In this document: positions 8,784 to 18,717 of the stretch, piece after piece
How the letters are laid out: the number at the start of each line of letters is the position of its first letter
How positions within the stretch are numbered: position 1 is the stretch's first letter
From: an uncultured Gemmatimonadales bacterium
GTDB lineage: Bacteria > Gemmatimonadota > Gemmatimonadetes > Gemmatimonadales > GWC2-71-9
Direction: 5' to 3'
Length of the DNA: 64,000 nucleotides
Assembly (NCBI GenBank): GCA_963795085.1
Contig: CAWCFX010000003.1
Coordinates: 256,001-320,000 of the forward strand
The notes under the pieces: generated by a model
What the model saw: the letters and a program-made list of their open reading frames with translations, nothing else
Databases searched by the model: none
Told to the model about the DNA's origin: nothing
Program-made: the position numbers and the translations under genes

Positions 8784-10346
8784 ATGCGCGGCCTGATGAT
8801 GAACTACTTACTCACCATCCCCGCACTGCTCCGCCGCTATTCCGCGCTCTACCCCGGCCGGGAGATCGTCAGTCTCGGGCCGGATGGGACAGCCATCCGG
8901 TCCACCGCGGCCGCCTGCGTCGAGCGGGCCCTCCGACTGGGGCGAGGGTTGCGGCAGTCCGGGTTGGCCCCCGGAGCGAAAGTGGCTACCCTGTGCTGGA
9001 ACCATGCTCCGCATCTTGAGGCATACTTCGGGGTGCCCTCTGCCGGCCTGGTGCTGCACCCGCTGAACCCGCGCCTGCCGAGCGAAGATATCGAGTATAT
9101 CATGCAGGACGCGGGTGACGAAGTGGTCATCGTCGATGCCGACCTCGAGCCGCTCCTCGGCCGGTGGCCGGGGCGGCGCATCATCAACGGCGAAGGCCGG
9201 GCGTCTGCACCAGAGTCGTACGAGTCATTGCTCGCCTCAGCTCGGCCCGACGACCCCTGCCCCGACCCTCCTGAATCTCATGCCGCGATCCTGGCCTACA
9301 CATCCGGGACGACGGGCCGGCCCAAGGGGGTCGCCATTTCCCACCGGGCAATCGTGCTGCACAGCCTGGGGACCGCCCTGCCCGATGGGTTCAACCTCGG
9401 CGAGCGGGACACCGTGCTGGCCGCGGTCCCCATGTTCCACGCCAATGCCTGGGGCCTGCCGTTCACGGCCGCCATGGTCGGCGCACGCCAGGTGCTGGTC
9501 CGGAATGCATTCGACCCGGTGACCCTTCTCCGCATGATCGAAGCGGAGCGGGTAACCGTGGCAGCCGGAGTTCCCACGATCTGGCTCGGGGTACTGCGGG
9601 AACTGGAACAGAACCCGGGGCAATACGATATCGCGTCCCTCAACACCGTCATTGTCGGCGGCGGCGCTTGTCCGCCCGCCTTGATCAGGGCCTTCGAGGA
9701 ACAGTACGATGTCGCGGTCGTCACCTCCTGGGGCATGACCGAACTCTCGCCGGTCGGAACGGTCGGGCGGCCCGAGGTGACGCGCCCGGTTGCCGAGCGC
9801 TGCCGGCCGGGCCGCCCGCTTCCGCTGGTGGAGTTGCGAATCCGGCAGGATGGCCGCCTGATGCCGTGGGACGGGCAGTCCATGGGTGAACTGGAGGTTC
9901 GCGGGCCCTGGATCGCCATGGAGTATCACGGGGGGGCCGATCCTTCGGCCTTTACCGCCGACGGCTGGTTCCGAACCGGCGACATCGCCACCATAGACCG
10001 GTCCGGCGTGCTGGAAATTCGAGACCGGGCCAAGGACGTGATCAAGTCGGGCGGCGAATGGATCAGCTCGGTCGCGCTGGAACAGGCGCTGCTGGCCCAT
10101 CCCGGCGTCGCCGATGCCGCGGTCATCGCGGTGCCCCATCCGCAATGGCAGGAACGCCCGCTGGCCATCATGGTCCTGCGGGAAGGCGCCGAAACAACCG
10201 GAGCCGACCTGAAGGCCAGCCTCGAGAAGCGATTCCCCTCCTGGTACTTGCCGGATGACTTTGTCTTCGTGCCGATGCTGCCGCGGACGGCAACGGGGAA
10301 AGTCCAGAAGGCGCTGTTGCGCCTGCAGTATGGCGGTCAGCGCTGA
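8784..10346 (+). CDS. Long-chain fatty acid--CoA ligase (AMP-binding)
   Basis: YTSGTTGRPKG, WGMTE, WFRTGD, DRAKDVIKSGGEWISS motifs. Confidence 0.93.
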   Translation: MRGLMMNYLLTIPALLRRYSALYPGREIVSLGPDGTAIRSTAAACVERALRLGRGLRQSGLAPGAKVATLCWNHAPHLEAYFGVPSAGLVLHPLNPRLPSEDIEYIMQDAGDEVVIVDADLEPLLGRWPGRRIINGEGRASAPESYESLLASARPDDPCPDPPESHAAILAYTSGTTGRPKGVAISHRAIVLHSLGTALPDGFNLGERDTVLAAVPMFHANAWGLPFTAAMVGARQVLVRNAFDPVTLLRMIEAERVTVAAGVPTIWLGVLRELEQNPGQYDIASLNTVIVGGGACPPALIRAFEEQYDVAVVTSWGMTELSPVGTVGRPEVTRPVAERCRPGRPLPLVELRIRQDGRLMPWDGQSMGELEVRGPWIAMEYHGGADPSAFTADGWFRTGDIATIDRSGVLEIRDRAKDVIKSGGEWISSVALEQALLAHPGVADAAVIAVPHPQWQERPLAIMVLREGAETTGADLKASLEKRFPSWYLPDDFVFVPMLPRTATGKVQKALLRLQYGGQR

Positions 10347-10939
10347 GGCTGCTGAGCGGGCACCGGGTTGGGAATGGGAGGAGGCGCGGATACGGTCACC
10401 GCGGGCATGTACCCCGGAAGGGTCGAGCGTCCGGGACGGCAGGGGCGGCCCGCCCCGGGGATGTAGGCCACTTCGTTGCGGGGCTTGAGCACCACCTGGC
10501 CCCGCTGGAACAGGGCGACCCGCCGAGCGCCGATCGGCGTCTGCAGCATGGTCTGGCCGGTGAGCACGAAGGAACTCCGGCCGGCGCGCCGCACGGAATG
10601 CGCGGCCAGCACGACGGGGACCGTGAGCTTGGTGCTGTCCCGCGTCTGCAGCATGACGGGCTGCGCCATCCGTACTGAGCCCATGGTGTCGCCATTCATT
10701 TGCAGGGACACTTCGAAGCCATCGGCCTGGATGGGGAAGTCGTTCCGGTTACAGGCGGTCAGCACCATCTCCAGGGTATCGGCCGGGTTTCCGCTGCCCC
10801 GAATGGTCATTTCCGAGACCACGAACGTGGGGTCGTCGTACAGCCACCCGCCGAATGGCACACAGGCGGCGAGCCCGCATACGAGCAGACCTGCCGCCGT
10901 AAGCCCCGGCGGTATGAACGTGCGTCGGATGAATGTCAT
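10337..10939 (-). CDS. LEA type 2 (WHy) family lipoprotein
   Basis: Lipobox-like LAAC; NRNDFPI resembles the NPN motif of LEA_2 domains. Confidence 0.6.
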   Translation of the reverse strand: MTFIRRTFIPPGLTAAGLLVCGLAACVPFGGWLYDDPTFVVSEMTIRGSGNPADTLEMVLTACNRNDFPIQADGFEVSLQMNGDTMGSVRMAQPVMLQTRDSTKLTVPVVLAAHSVRRAGRSSFVLTGQTMLQTPIGARRVALFQRGQVVLKPRNEVAYIPGAGRPCRPGRSTLPGYMPAVTVSAPPPIPNPVPAQQPQR

Positions 10940-11058
10940 CAGGCTGACAGGACCAATGATGGGTTGGGGTATGACGGCAAAATATAACCAGCCCACGGGA
11001 TATACCTACTGGTGCACGTCGAACGGGATGGAGACGTCCCACGGCGCAACGCCTGCAC

Positions 11059-12612
11059 TCACTGCATCCCCTGCGCCACCGGGGCCCGCATCCGGTCCAG
11101 GCTTCGGTACTGGATCGCCTCGCTGACATGTTCGGGGGCCAGGTCTTCGCTGGAGGCGAGATCGGCGACGGTGCGGGCGATCTTGAGGACGCGATGATAG
11201 GCGCGGGCCGACAGCCCCAGCCGGGTGATGGCCTTCCGCAACAGGGTCTCGACCGGCTCGCTGAGCCGGCAATATCGGCGGAGATCACGCGAGGACATGT
11301 GGGCGTTGGCGTAGATTCCCGGCTGGCCGGTGAAGCGGGCACGTTGCAACCGGCGCGCCGCTTCGACCCGGCGACGAATGTCGGCGCTGCTTTCCTCGGC
11401 CTGATCGCCGGCCAGGTCGCGGTAGGCCACGGCGGGCACCGCGAGGTGGATGTCGATCCGGTCGAGCAGGGGGCCGGAGATCCGCGAGAGATAGCGTTCG
11501 ACCGTCAATGCATCGCAGCGGCAGGTGTGCGTCGGGTCGCCGTGGTAGCCGCAGGGGCAGGGATTCATGGCTGCCGCGAGCATGAACCGGGCGGGATAGG
11601 TCAGGCTCACCAACGCGCGGCTGAGGGTAACGACGCCATCCTCCATGGGCTGCCGCATGACCTCCAGGACGTTTTTGCGGAACTCGGGCAGCTCGTCGAG
11701 GAACAGGACGCCCCCGTGGGCGAGACTGACTTCGCCGGGCCGCGGGTTGGAGCCGCCGCCGATGAGGCCGGCATCGCTGATGGTGTGATGGGGCGCCCGG
11801 AAGGGCCGGGTGGCGCAGAGCGCCTTGCCGGAGGCAAGCACCCCGGCCACGCTGTGAATCTTGGTTGTCTCCAGCGCTTCATCCAGGCTCATGCTGGGAA
11901 GGATGGTCGGAAGCCGCCGGGCCAGCATCGTCTTTCCCGCTCCCGGCGGTCCCAGCAGCAGAATGTTGTGCCCTCCGGCCGCCGCCACCTCGAGGGCCCG
12001 CTTGGCGGCCGCCTGGCTGCGCACGTCCGAAAAATCCACGAGATCGTGGGACCGCTCCGCCATGAGCGCGGCGAGATCCACCTGGGCCGGTTCGATTGCC
12101 AACTCGCCGGTAAGATGGCGGCAGACCTCCGTCAGGGTGCGGGCGCCGCGAACCTCGAGCCCCTCCACCACCGCGGCTTCAGGGACGTTGTGATGGGGCA
12201 GGATAATCCCCCGGCAGCCCGCGGTACGGGCCGCGACGGCCATGGACAGGGCGCCCCGCACCGGCCGCAGGTCTCCCTCCAGCCCGACCTCGCCCAGGAT
12301 GAAATGCTCCCGCAGGATGTCAGCGGGGAAATGGCCGCTGGCCGCGAGGATCCCAATCGCGATGGGGAGGTCGAACGCCGAGCCGTCCTTGCGGACATCG
12401 GCCGGGGCGAGATTCACGGTGATGCGCTTGAGGGGAAAGGCGAGGCCGGCGTTGCTGAGCGCGGCGGCGACCCGCTCGCGCCCTTCTTTTACCGCGCCAT
12501 GGGGCAGTCCAACGGTGGAGAACGATGGCAGGCCATTGGCGATGTCCACCTCGACATCGACGGGGTAGGCCTCGATGCCCAGGACGGCGGCGGATCGGAT
12601 ACGGGCAAGCAT
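11059..12612 (-). CDS. comM: YifB/ComM Mg-chelatase-like AAA+ ATPase
   Basis: RITVNLAPAD, GPPGAGKTMLARRL, PFRAPHHT, GVLFLDELPEF, AAMNPCPCG. Confidence 0.95.
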   Translation of the reverse strand: MLARIRSAAVLGIEAYPVDVEVDIANGLPSFSTVGLPHGAVKEGRERVAAALSNAGLAFPLKRITVNLAPADVRKDGSAFDLPIAIGILAASGHFPADILREHFILGEVGLEGDLRPVRGALSMAVAARTAGCRGIILPHHNVPEAAVVEGLEVRGARTLTEVCRHLTGELAIEPAQVDLAALMAERSHDLVDFSDVRSQAAAKRALEVAAAGGHNILLLGPPGAGKTMLARRLPTILPSMSLDEALETTKIHSVAGVLASGKALCATRPFRAPHHTISDAGLIGGGSNPRPGEVSLAHGGVLFLDELPEFRKNVLEVMRQPMEDGVVTLSRALVSLTYPARFMLAAAMNPCPCGYHGDPTHTCRCDALTVERYLSRISGPLLDRIDIHLAVPAVAYRDLAGDQAEESSADIRRRVEAARRLQRARFTGQPGIYANAHMSSRDLRRYCRLSEPVETLLRKAITRLGLSARAYHRVLKIARTVADLASSEDLAPEHVSEAIQYRSLDRMRAPVAQGMQ

Positions 12613-12705
12613 GGGACCACGATAGCACGAACCCGGGGCCGGTCGTCACCCGAAAAGCCCGATCGTCGCCCGGGAAAACGCGGTTCTCAGCCAGCGGTCA
12701 GGTGG

Positions 12706-13525
12706 TCACGCGAGGAATCCCGCCGGCACCGATTCCACCACCGTCACCGCCTGCCCCACCCGCAGCACGCCCGCCTGCCGGTGCACCACGTTCTGGCCGA
12801 AATAGACCTGGCCGTTCCATTTCCGGAAGGTGGCCAGGGTGCGGAGCGGCTCCTTGCCGGCCACGCCGGTCTGCTGGTCGATGGTGGTCGTCACGCAGCG
12901 GTCACAGGGCTTGACCACGGCGAACTCGACCGCCCCGATCCGGAATTGTTTCCACCGATCCTCGTCGAAGGGCGTGCTGCCGCTCACCACCAGGTTGGGG
13001 CGAAACCGGTTCATCGGCAGCGCCGTCTCCATCCGCTGGTTCAGGTCCACCAGCGAACTCGATCCGATCAGCAGCAAGGGATAGGCGTCGGCGAAGCTGA
13101 CCCGACGCCGCGCCGCGACATAGCCGGGATTGGCCCGCCGGAAGGTGGACTCCGGCATGTACACCAGCCGGGCCGGGAAACCCAGGCAGCCGGTGAACCA
13201 GGCGGCCGCTTCCTCGCCTCCGTCCTGGGCCTCGCAGCGATCGCCCCAGATCACGACCGGGACTCGCGGGGCGTGCGCCGGCGGGGGGGCCACCCGGAGC
13301 CGGCGGCGTCGGGCCGATGCCGACCAGCATGGTGTCGCCCTCCAGGGCGACCTCGACCAACGCCATGCGATGGCTCTCCCGCTGGCTCACGAATCTCCCC
13401 GCGCCATCGACGACCATCCAGCGCCGGTCACCCACGATGCCGAAGTCATCGAGGGAGGCGCTGGCCAGGGGAACGCCCCGGGCCGATTTCAGGGGATAGA
13501 CCGTGAGCGCACTCAGCTCGATCAC
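12706..13525 (-). pseudogene. MOSC domain protein (YcbX/mARC-like), split by a +1 frameshift near 13290-13325
   Basis: The N-terminus (VYPLKSARG...DRRWMVVD) and the C-terminus (FADAYP, RFRPNLVV, KPCDRC) are in different frames. The span of 820 nt is 3n+1. May be a sequencing error. Confidence 0.8.
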
Positions 13526-13977
13526 GGCGCTTCCTCCCTGGCGTAGACATCGGACCGCTGAATTTCCATGAAGCCCTCCGGATTGGCGACCGCCGTAAAT
13601 CCCGCTTTCCGATAGAGCGCGTGGGCATCGCGCGTCACCAGCAGCCAGCGCCGAAGCCCCTGCAGCTCCGGCGTCTCCAGCATGCACTGCATCAGCCAGC
13701 GGGCCAGCCCCCGCTGCCGGTATTCCTCCAGCACGAAGACGTCGGCCACATACGCGAACGTTGCCTGGTCGGAGATCACCCGGCCAAACCCTACCTGGCG
13801 CGCGCCATAGATACCATAGGCCAGCGAGCCACGGATGGCGCGTTCGATGACCTCCCGCCCGATGCCGGCCGCCCAGTAGGACCGGCGCAGGTAGTCGTGG
13901 ATTCCCTCGACATCGAGGCGGGCCGGATCGGTGCTGATGGTCCACCCACCGCGGACCCACTCGTGGACGGGGCTCAC
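13522..13977 (-). CDS. GNAT family N-acetyltransferase
   Basis: GFGRVISD..FAYVADVFVLEEYRQRGLA..DAHALYRKAGF. Confidence 0.93.
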   Translation of the reverse strand: MSPVHEWVRGGWTISTDPARLDVEGIHDYLRRSYWAAGIGREVIERAIRGSLAYGIYGARQVGFGRVISDQATFAYVADVFVLEEYRQRGLARWLMQCMLETPELQGLRRWLLVTRDAHALYRKAGFTAVANPEGFMEIQRSDVYAREEAP

Positions 13978-16900
13978 GGCGCCGGCGGTTTGGCGACAGG
14001 AATGGTGATCACCACCTGGGTGCCCTGCCCCACCTCGCTCGCGACTGTAACCTTGCCGCCCCAGCTCTCCACCAGCCGGCGCACAATGGGCAGACCCAGT
14101 CCGGACCCGCTGGTGGTGGTAGAAAAACGTGGCTCGAAGATCCGGGGCAGCTGGCCGGGCGAGATGCCTGCCCCGTCGTCAATCACCGTAATCCGTCCCT
14201 CGGCCACCTCGACTCGCATCTCCCGGGCGCCGGCGTTCCTGGCATTCTCCAGGAGGTTGACCAGCACTTCCCGGATTTCGTCTCTCCGCGCCACACCCCA
14301 GGCCGGGGCAACCCCGTGCAGGGTGACCCGGGCTCCCTGGTCGGCGAGTTGGTAGAGCTGGATCACCTCGGCAGCCGCGGCGGTCAGCTCGACCGGTTCC
14401 AGCGGAGCGGTCGGTTCGACCGGTGCGCCATAGCGGCTGAAGGCCCGCGCGATGGTATCCAGCCGGTCGATCTCGGCGAGGATGCGCGCCGAGGTCTCCC
14501 CCAGAATGTGGTCGAAATCGCCCCGCTGGTCCCGGTGCACCCGAAGCAGGTGCTGCACGCCGAGCCGGAGCGGGGTCAGCGGGTTCTTGATCTCATGCGC
14601 CACCTGGCGGGCCATTTCCCCCCAGGCCAGCACCCGCTCGGCCCGGGAGACATCGGTGAAGTCGTTGAGGGCCACCACGACGCCCCGTAACCCCGACTCC
14701 AGCCGGCCCAGCTGCACCCGGATGCGGCGGCCCCGGGCCTCCACCTCCCGCGAGAGGGTACGGTCGTCCTGCCCAGCCAGTTCCCGGGTGACCGCATCGA
14801 CCAGCGGCCGCCACTCCACTCCCAGGTGATCGGCGAGCCGATCGCCGGGCCGCACCGTGATGCCCAGCATTTCCTCGGCGCGTCGATTGGCGAGCAATAC
14901 TTTGCCCTGGGTGTCCAGCGCGATCACCCCGGTCGCCACCGTGGCCAGTACCGCCGCGGTGCGCGAACGGGAGTCCTCGAGGGCAGCCTGGCTGGTCCGG
15001 ATGTCCAGAGCCATCCGGTCGAAGGCGCCGAAGACTTCCTCGAACTCGACGGGCGGATCCTGGGCCGGCAGCGTGACACCCTGTCCCCGGCCGACCGCGA
15101 GGGCGGAGCGGCGCAGGTCGGCCACTGGACGGGAGAGTGCACGGGACGCCGCCTGGGCCGCCGACAGGGCCGCGGCCACCCCGACGAACGTGGCCAGCAG
15201 CAGCACGAGAATGAGGTCGGTCTGCTGCTCCCCCAGTTCGGGATCGTGCGCCGGTTGCGGCGTGGCCAGAATGCCGACCTCGCCCGGGTCTCCCGGCCGC
15301 ACGACCCGGTAACCCATCCGGATCTGCGGTTCATCCAGGGCGCCCTCGCTGGTGACATCGAGCTCGTCCTCGACGGCGAGCTGAAGAAACGCTTCCGGAG
15401 GCTGAACCAGCTGGGGGATGATGCCAAGTTCCACGAGCAGCGGCGCCGAAGAGGCGGCCAGGGTCCCGCCGTAATACAGGCCCAGATCCGCATCGATCCG
15501 CCGGCTGAGTTGCACCAGGGCCTCGCGCACCGAGGCGCTGTTGGGCTGACCCAGGCTGCCGGCGGCCAGGACGGCATCGCGCAGCGTCTGGGTGATGACG
15601 ATCGTCTGGGTCCGGTCATCGTCGGCCCGGAGCCGGGCGATGCCCCACCCGGCGAACCCGACCGCGGGCAGAAGAAAGAACCCGCTCAGGGCCAGGGCGA
15701 GCCGGAACTGGTAGGAACGCCGGAGACGGGTCCACTCCGGCAGCTGGACAGCGGACCCCACCAGGAATTCCGTCAGAAACCAGAGAATGAACAGCAGGCC
15801 GATATCGGCCATCACCACGAGGATGCCCCGAACGAAGATGGGAGCCGGTCCCCGCATGTCCACCACCGCGTGCACATGGCGCACGCCGTCCAGCAGTACC
15901 AGCTGCCGCTCCCCGCGGATTCGCCAGCCATCCCGGTACCAGCGGAGCCGCAGACTGTCCACCCTGGCCCCTGGCTCGGGGAGGGAAAGACTCAGGGCAT
16001 AGAGGGGCACGTCCTCAGCCGGACGGCGCAGCAGGCGTCCCAGCCGGGCCGGCATGATCAGCCGGGTCCGGGGCCCGATCACCACGCTCGCCACCGCGCC
16101 ATCGGCCAGCCGCTGGAGAAGGATGGAATGCACGCCGGGCGTGCGCGCCAGCTGGACGGTTTCCCGGGTGTCGGCCGAATCCAGGTTCTGAACCAGCGTC
16201 GCCAGCAGGGAGTGGGGCACATCCATCGAATCGAGCGCCACCTCGACCAGCGGGGTGCCGTCGGGGGACCAGAGGCCCAGGTGGGTGGGATATTCTTCCT
16301 GTCCCAGCGGGCTGGCCTTCCAGCGGGCGTACAGCTCGGCGCCGCTCGCGGGGGGCGGTCCCACGGTCATCGCTTCGCCGAACAACTCGAGCAGCCGGCG
16401 GTCCAGTGGATCGGCCGCCGACCCGAGACCGCCCACATCCTTGCGGGCGACGTTGAGCCGTCCCTCCAGCACAGCGCCCCAGGTGATCAGCGCCGCGGCG
16501 CACCCGGCCACGATCGCGATGCCCGCCGTCGCCCCCCGCCGCGGGGCCGGCCGGGTGACCAGGAAGACCGCGGGCGTCCAGAGGAACGTGTACCAGGGCG
16601 GCCACCCGATGCGGGGTCCCCAGACGTAGATCCCGGCGATGCCGGCGAGGATGGCCATTGCCATGCCCAGCCAGATCGAAGCCGGGGTGCGGGAGATTTC
16701 CCGGGTGCCCCGGAAGAACGCGGCGGCCAGCGCGATGGGCGCGGCGGTCGCGAGGAGGAGCGTCGTTTGCCAGGTCAGCCACAGGCTCAGCGGGACGCCA
16801 TTGGCGGGGGGCGTGATGCCCCGTCCCAGTTCCCGCATCGCATACGGCGCTACCAGGAGGAGAGCGGCGCCGGCCAGCGCGGTGTACCAGCGGACCGGGA

Positions 16901-17993
16901 TGCGGCGCCGCCAGATGGCAATGGCGGCGATGATGACGAGCGTACTGAAGATCACCAGCGCCCCGGCGGAACTGGAGAGGGGACCCAGCAGGGGGCGATA
17001 AAAGGTGGCGGAGGAAAACCAGCCGGCCAGGCCGAGGTAGTCGCCGGCCGGGGCGCGGAGAAACAGCCAGAGTACGGCCGTCAGGAGCAGCAACCGCGCT
17101 ACCGTAGAAGGGGCAAGCAGGATCGCCAGCGCGATGACCCAGAGAAGCAGCGCGGTGACGATCACGCCCGACTCCGCCAGGGCGGCCTCCTTGGAGCGGC
17201 CCTGCTCCGGCGGCAGCGGCTCCGCCGCGAACAACTGCCGCATGCCCGCGGTGGTCGGCTGTTCATACACGAAGACCGAATCGCCGGGCGAAACCCCTGC
17301 CGCGGGGTAGATCAGGAGGCCAACTTTGGTTTTGTGGCGGAACCGCTCGGCCAGGCTGGCGTCGCGGTCGGGCGCCGAGGGCGCGGCCCAGAGGAGCAGG
17401 CTGGCCACGGCGGTCCGGCCGTCACCCAGGTCGCGGCGGGTTTCCAGCACCACGTAGAACGTGCTGGCCCGGACCTGGAGAAAGTCACCCTCCGCCGACG
17501 GGGCGATCCGGAAGCGACCGGCCCAGGCGAAGGGCACGTCATCCGCATCGAGCACGGCGACGCCGATCTCCGTTTCGGCGGCGGCCACGGCCGCGCGCAG
17601 GCGATCGAACGCGGCGTTCCGCTCGCGGCCGGCCGCTTCGCCGGCTGCCGCGACCAGAGCCTCGGTCTGCTGCTGGGCGTCGCGGAGTTCGCCGTCCAGC
17701 GCTTCGAAGGCACGGGTGACCAGGGATTCACGTATCTTTGGCCAGGTCTGATCGATGGCCCGAATGCGCAGGAACTGGAGGGAGACCGCGACGGCGAGGA
17801 GCAGGATCGAGATGAGGGCCGCTCGCCGGGCCCGCGTGGCGGCCGGCTGGAGCGACCAGGCCGCGGCGAGGGCCGCCAGCCACACGGCCAGGACGGGGAG
17901 AATGCCGGGATGGCGAAGCCATTCCGCCGAGGCAACCGCCAGGCCGAGGACAGCCAACACCCAACCACGGGCTCGATGACTCAAGTGGAACAT
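13974..17993 (-). CDS. Very large multi-pass membrane sensor histidine kinase (HAMP-PAS-HisKA-HATPase, NtrY-like)
   Basis: WGEMARQVAHEIKNPLTP H-box, NLLENA N-box, DDGAGI, GSGLGL; many N-terminal TM helices. Start uncertain. Confidence 0.88.
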   Translation of the reverse strand: MFHLSHRARGWVLAVLGLAVASAEWLRHPGILPVLAVWLAALAAAWSLQPAATRARRAALISILLLAVAVSLQFLRIRAIDQTWPKIRESLVTRAFEALDGELRDAQQQTEALVAAAGEAAGRERNAAFDRLRAAVAAAETEIGVAVLDADDVPFAWAGRFRIAPSAEGDFLQVRASTFYVVLETRRDLGDGRTAVASLLLWAAPSAPDRDASLAERFRHKTKVGLLIYPAAGVSPGDSVFVYEQPTTAGMRQLFAAEPLPPEQGRSKEAALAESGVIVTALLLWVIALAILLAPSTVARLLLLTAVLWLFLRAPAGDYLGLAGWFSSATFYRPLLGPLSSSAGALVIFSTLVIIAAIAIWRRRIPVRWYTALAGAALLLVAPYAMRELGRGITPPANGVPLSLWLTWQTTLLLATAAPIALAAAFFRGTREISRTPASIWLGMAMAILAGIAGIYVWGPRIGWPPWYTFLWTPAVFLVTRPAPRRGATAGIAIVAGCAAALITWGAVLEGRLNVARKDVGGLGSAADPLDRRLLELFGEAMTVGPPPASGAELYARWKASPLGQEEYPTHLGLWSPDGTPLVEVALDSMDVPHSLLATLVQNLDSADTRETVQLARTPGVHSILLQRLADGAVASVVIGPRTRLIMPARLGRLLRRPAEDVPLYALSLSLPEPGARVDSLRLRWYRDGWRIRGERQLVLLDGVRHVHAVVDMRGPAPIFVRGILVVMADIGLLFILWFLTEFLVGSAVQLPEWTRLRRSYQFRLALALSGFFLLPAVGFAGWGIARLRADDDRTQTIVITQTLRDAVLAAGSLGQPNSASVREALVQLSRRIDADLGLYYGGTLAASSAPLLVELGIIPQLVQPPEAFLQLAVEDELDVTSEGALDEPQIRMGYRVVRPGDPGEVGILATPQPAHDPELGEQQTDLILVLLLATFVGVAAALSAAQAASRALSRPVADLRRSALAVGRGQGVTLPAQDPPVEFEEVFGAFDRMALDIRTSQAALEDSRSRTAAVLATVATGVIALDTQGKVLLANRRAEEMLGITVRPGDRLADHLGVEWRPLVDAVTRELAGQDDRTLSREVEARGRRIRVQLGRLESGLRGVVVALNDFTDVSRAERVLAWGEMARQVAHEIKNPLTPLRLGVQHLLRVHRDQRGDFDHILGETSARILAEIDRLDTIARAFSRYGAPVEPTAPLEPVELTAAAAEVIQLYQLADQGARVTLHGVAPAWGVARRDEIREVLVNLLENARNAGAREMRVEVAEGRITVIDDGAGISPGQLPRIFEPRFSTTTSGSGLGLPIVRRLVESWGGKVTVASEVGQGTQVVITIPVAKPPAP

Positions 17994-18713
17994 CCCTGGC
18001 GATTGAAAGACATGACCCCCGCGGAAGTCCGCAGCCTGCTGGTGGGCCGACCCTGGCTGATCGTGCCGGTGGGCACCACCGAACAGCACGGACCCCACCT
18101 GCCCCTCGGCATTGACAGCATCATCGTCGAGCGGCTGGCCGATGACCTCTCGGCCCGGTTCTCGATTCCCCGGGCGCCGACCCTCGAATACGGCGTCAAC
18201 ACTTCGACCCGCTGGACCTTTACCGGCGGGGCAACGCTCAAACGCAAGACCCTCCACCGGGTCATGAACGAACTGGTCGAGTCCTGGGAAAACTTTGCCC
18301 AGGTCCGCGAGTTCGTGGTCCTGACGGCACAGGGCGGCGAGGCCCACCAGGAGGCCCTGAGCACGATCCGGGTGCTGCAATCCCGGGTCCAGGTGGTCGA
18401 TATCTTTGCCCTGGACTTCTCCCATGTCCTCGAACGGCCGGGCGGGCCGATTCACGGAGGCGAGGTGGACACCTCGCTTCTATTATACATCGCTCCCCAT
18501 CTGGTACGAATGTCGGACGCCCAGGACTATGCGTTGACGCCGAAACAGCTCACCCGCTACCGCCGGGGCGAGAGCCGGCCCATCCCTACCATCGTCGGAT
18601 CGCTGGGCTTCCCCAGCCGCGCCTCGGCCCAGAAGGGGGAGCAACTGTATAGATTCATTCTGGATCGCATCGCCGAGCGGTGTTTCTCGTTCATTCCTGA
18701 AGCGGAAGGCTGA
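17976..18713 (+). CDS. Creatininase family protein
   Basis: PVGTTEQHGPHLPLGID and HGGEVDTS motifs; RASAQKG. Confidence 0.88.
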   Translation: MTQVEHPWRLKDMTPAEVRSLLVGRPWLIVPVGTTEQHGPHLPLGIDSIIVERLADDLSARFSIPRAPTLEYGVNTSTRWTFTGGATLKRKTLHRVMNELVESWENFAQVREFVVLTAQGGEAHQEALSTIRVLQSRVQVVDIFALDFSHVLERPGGPIHGGEVDTSLLLYIAPHLVRMSDAQDYALTPKQLTRYRRGESRPIPTIVGSLGFPSRASAQKGEQLYRFILDRIAERCFSFIPEAEG

Positions 18714-18717
18714 CCTG

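Noticed and set aside
14826..17975. Long plus-strand ORF (1295 aa) and similar long antisense ORFs (e.g. 11128-13506, 19569-22184, 50352-53000)
   Set aside because: These are shadow frames of high-GC genes with no recognisable motifs. Only the 3' creatininase part of 14826-18713 is real.
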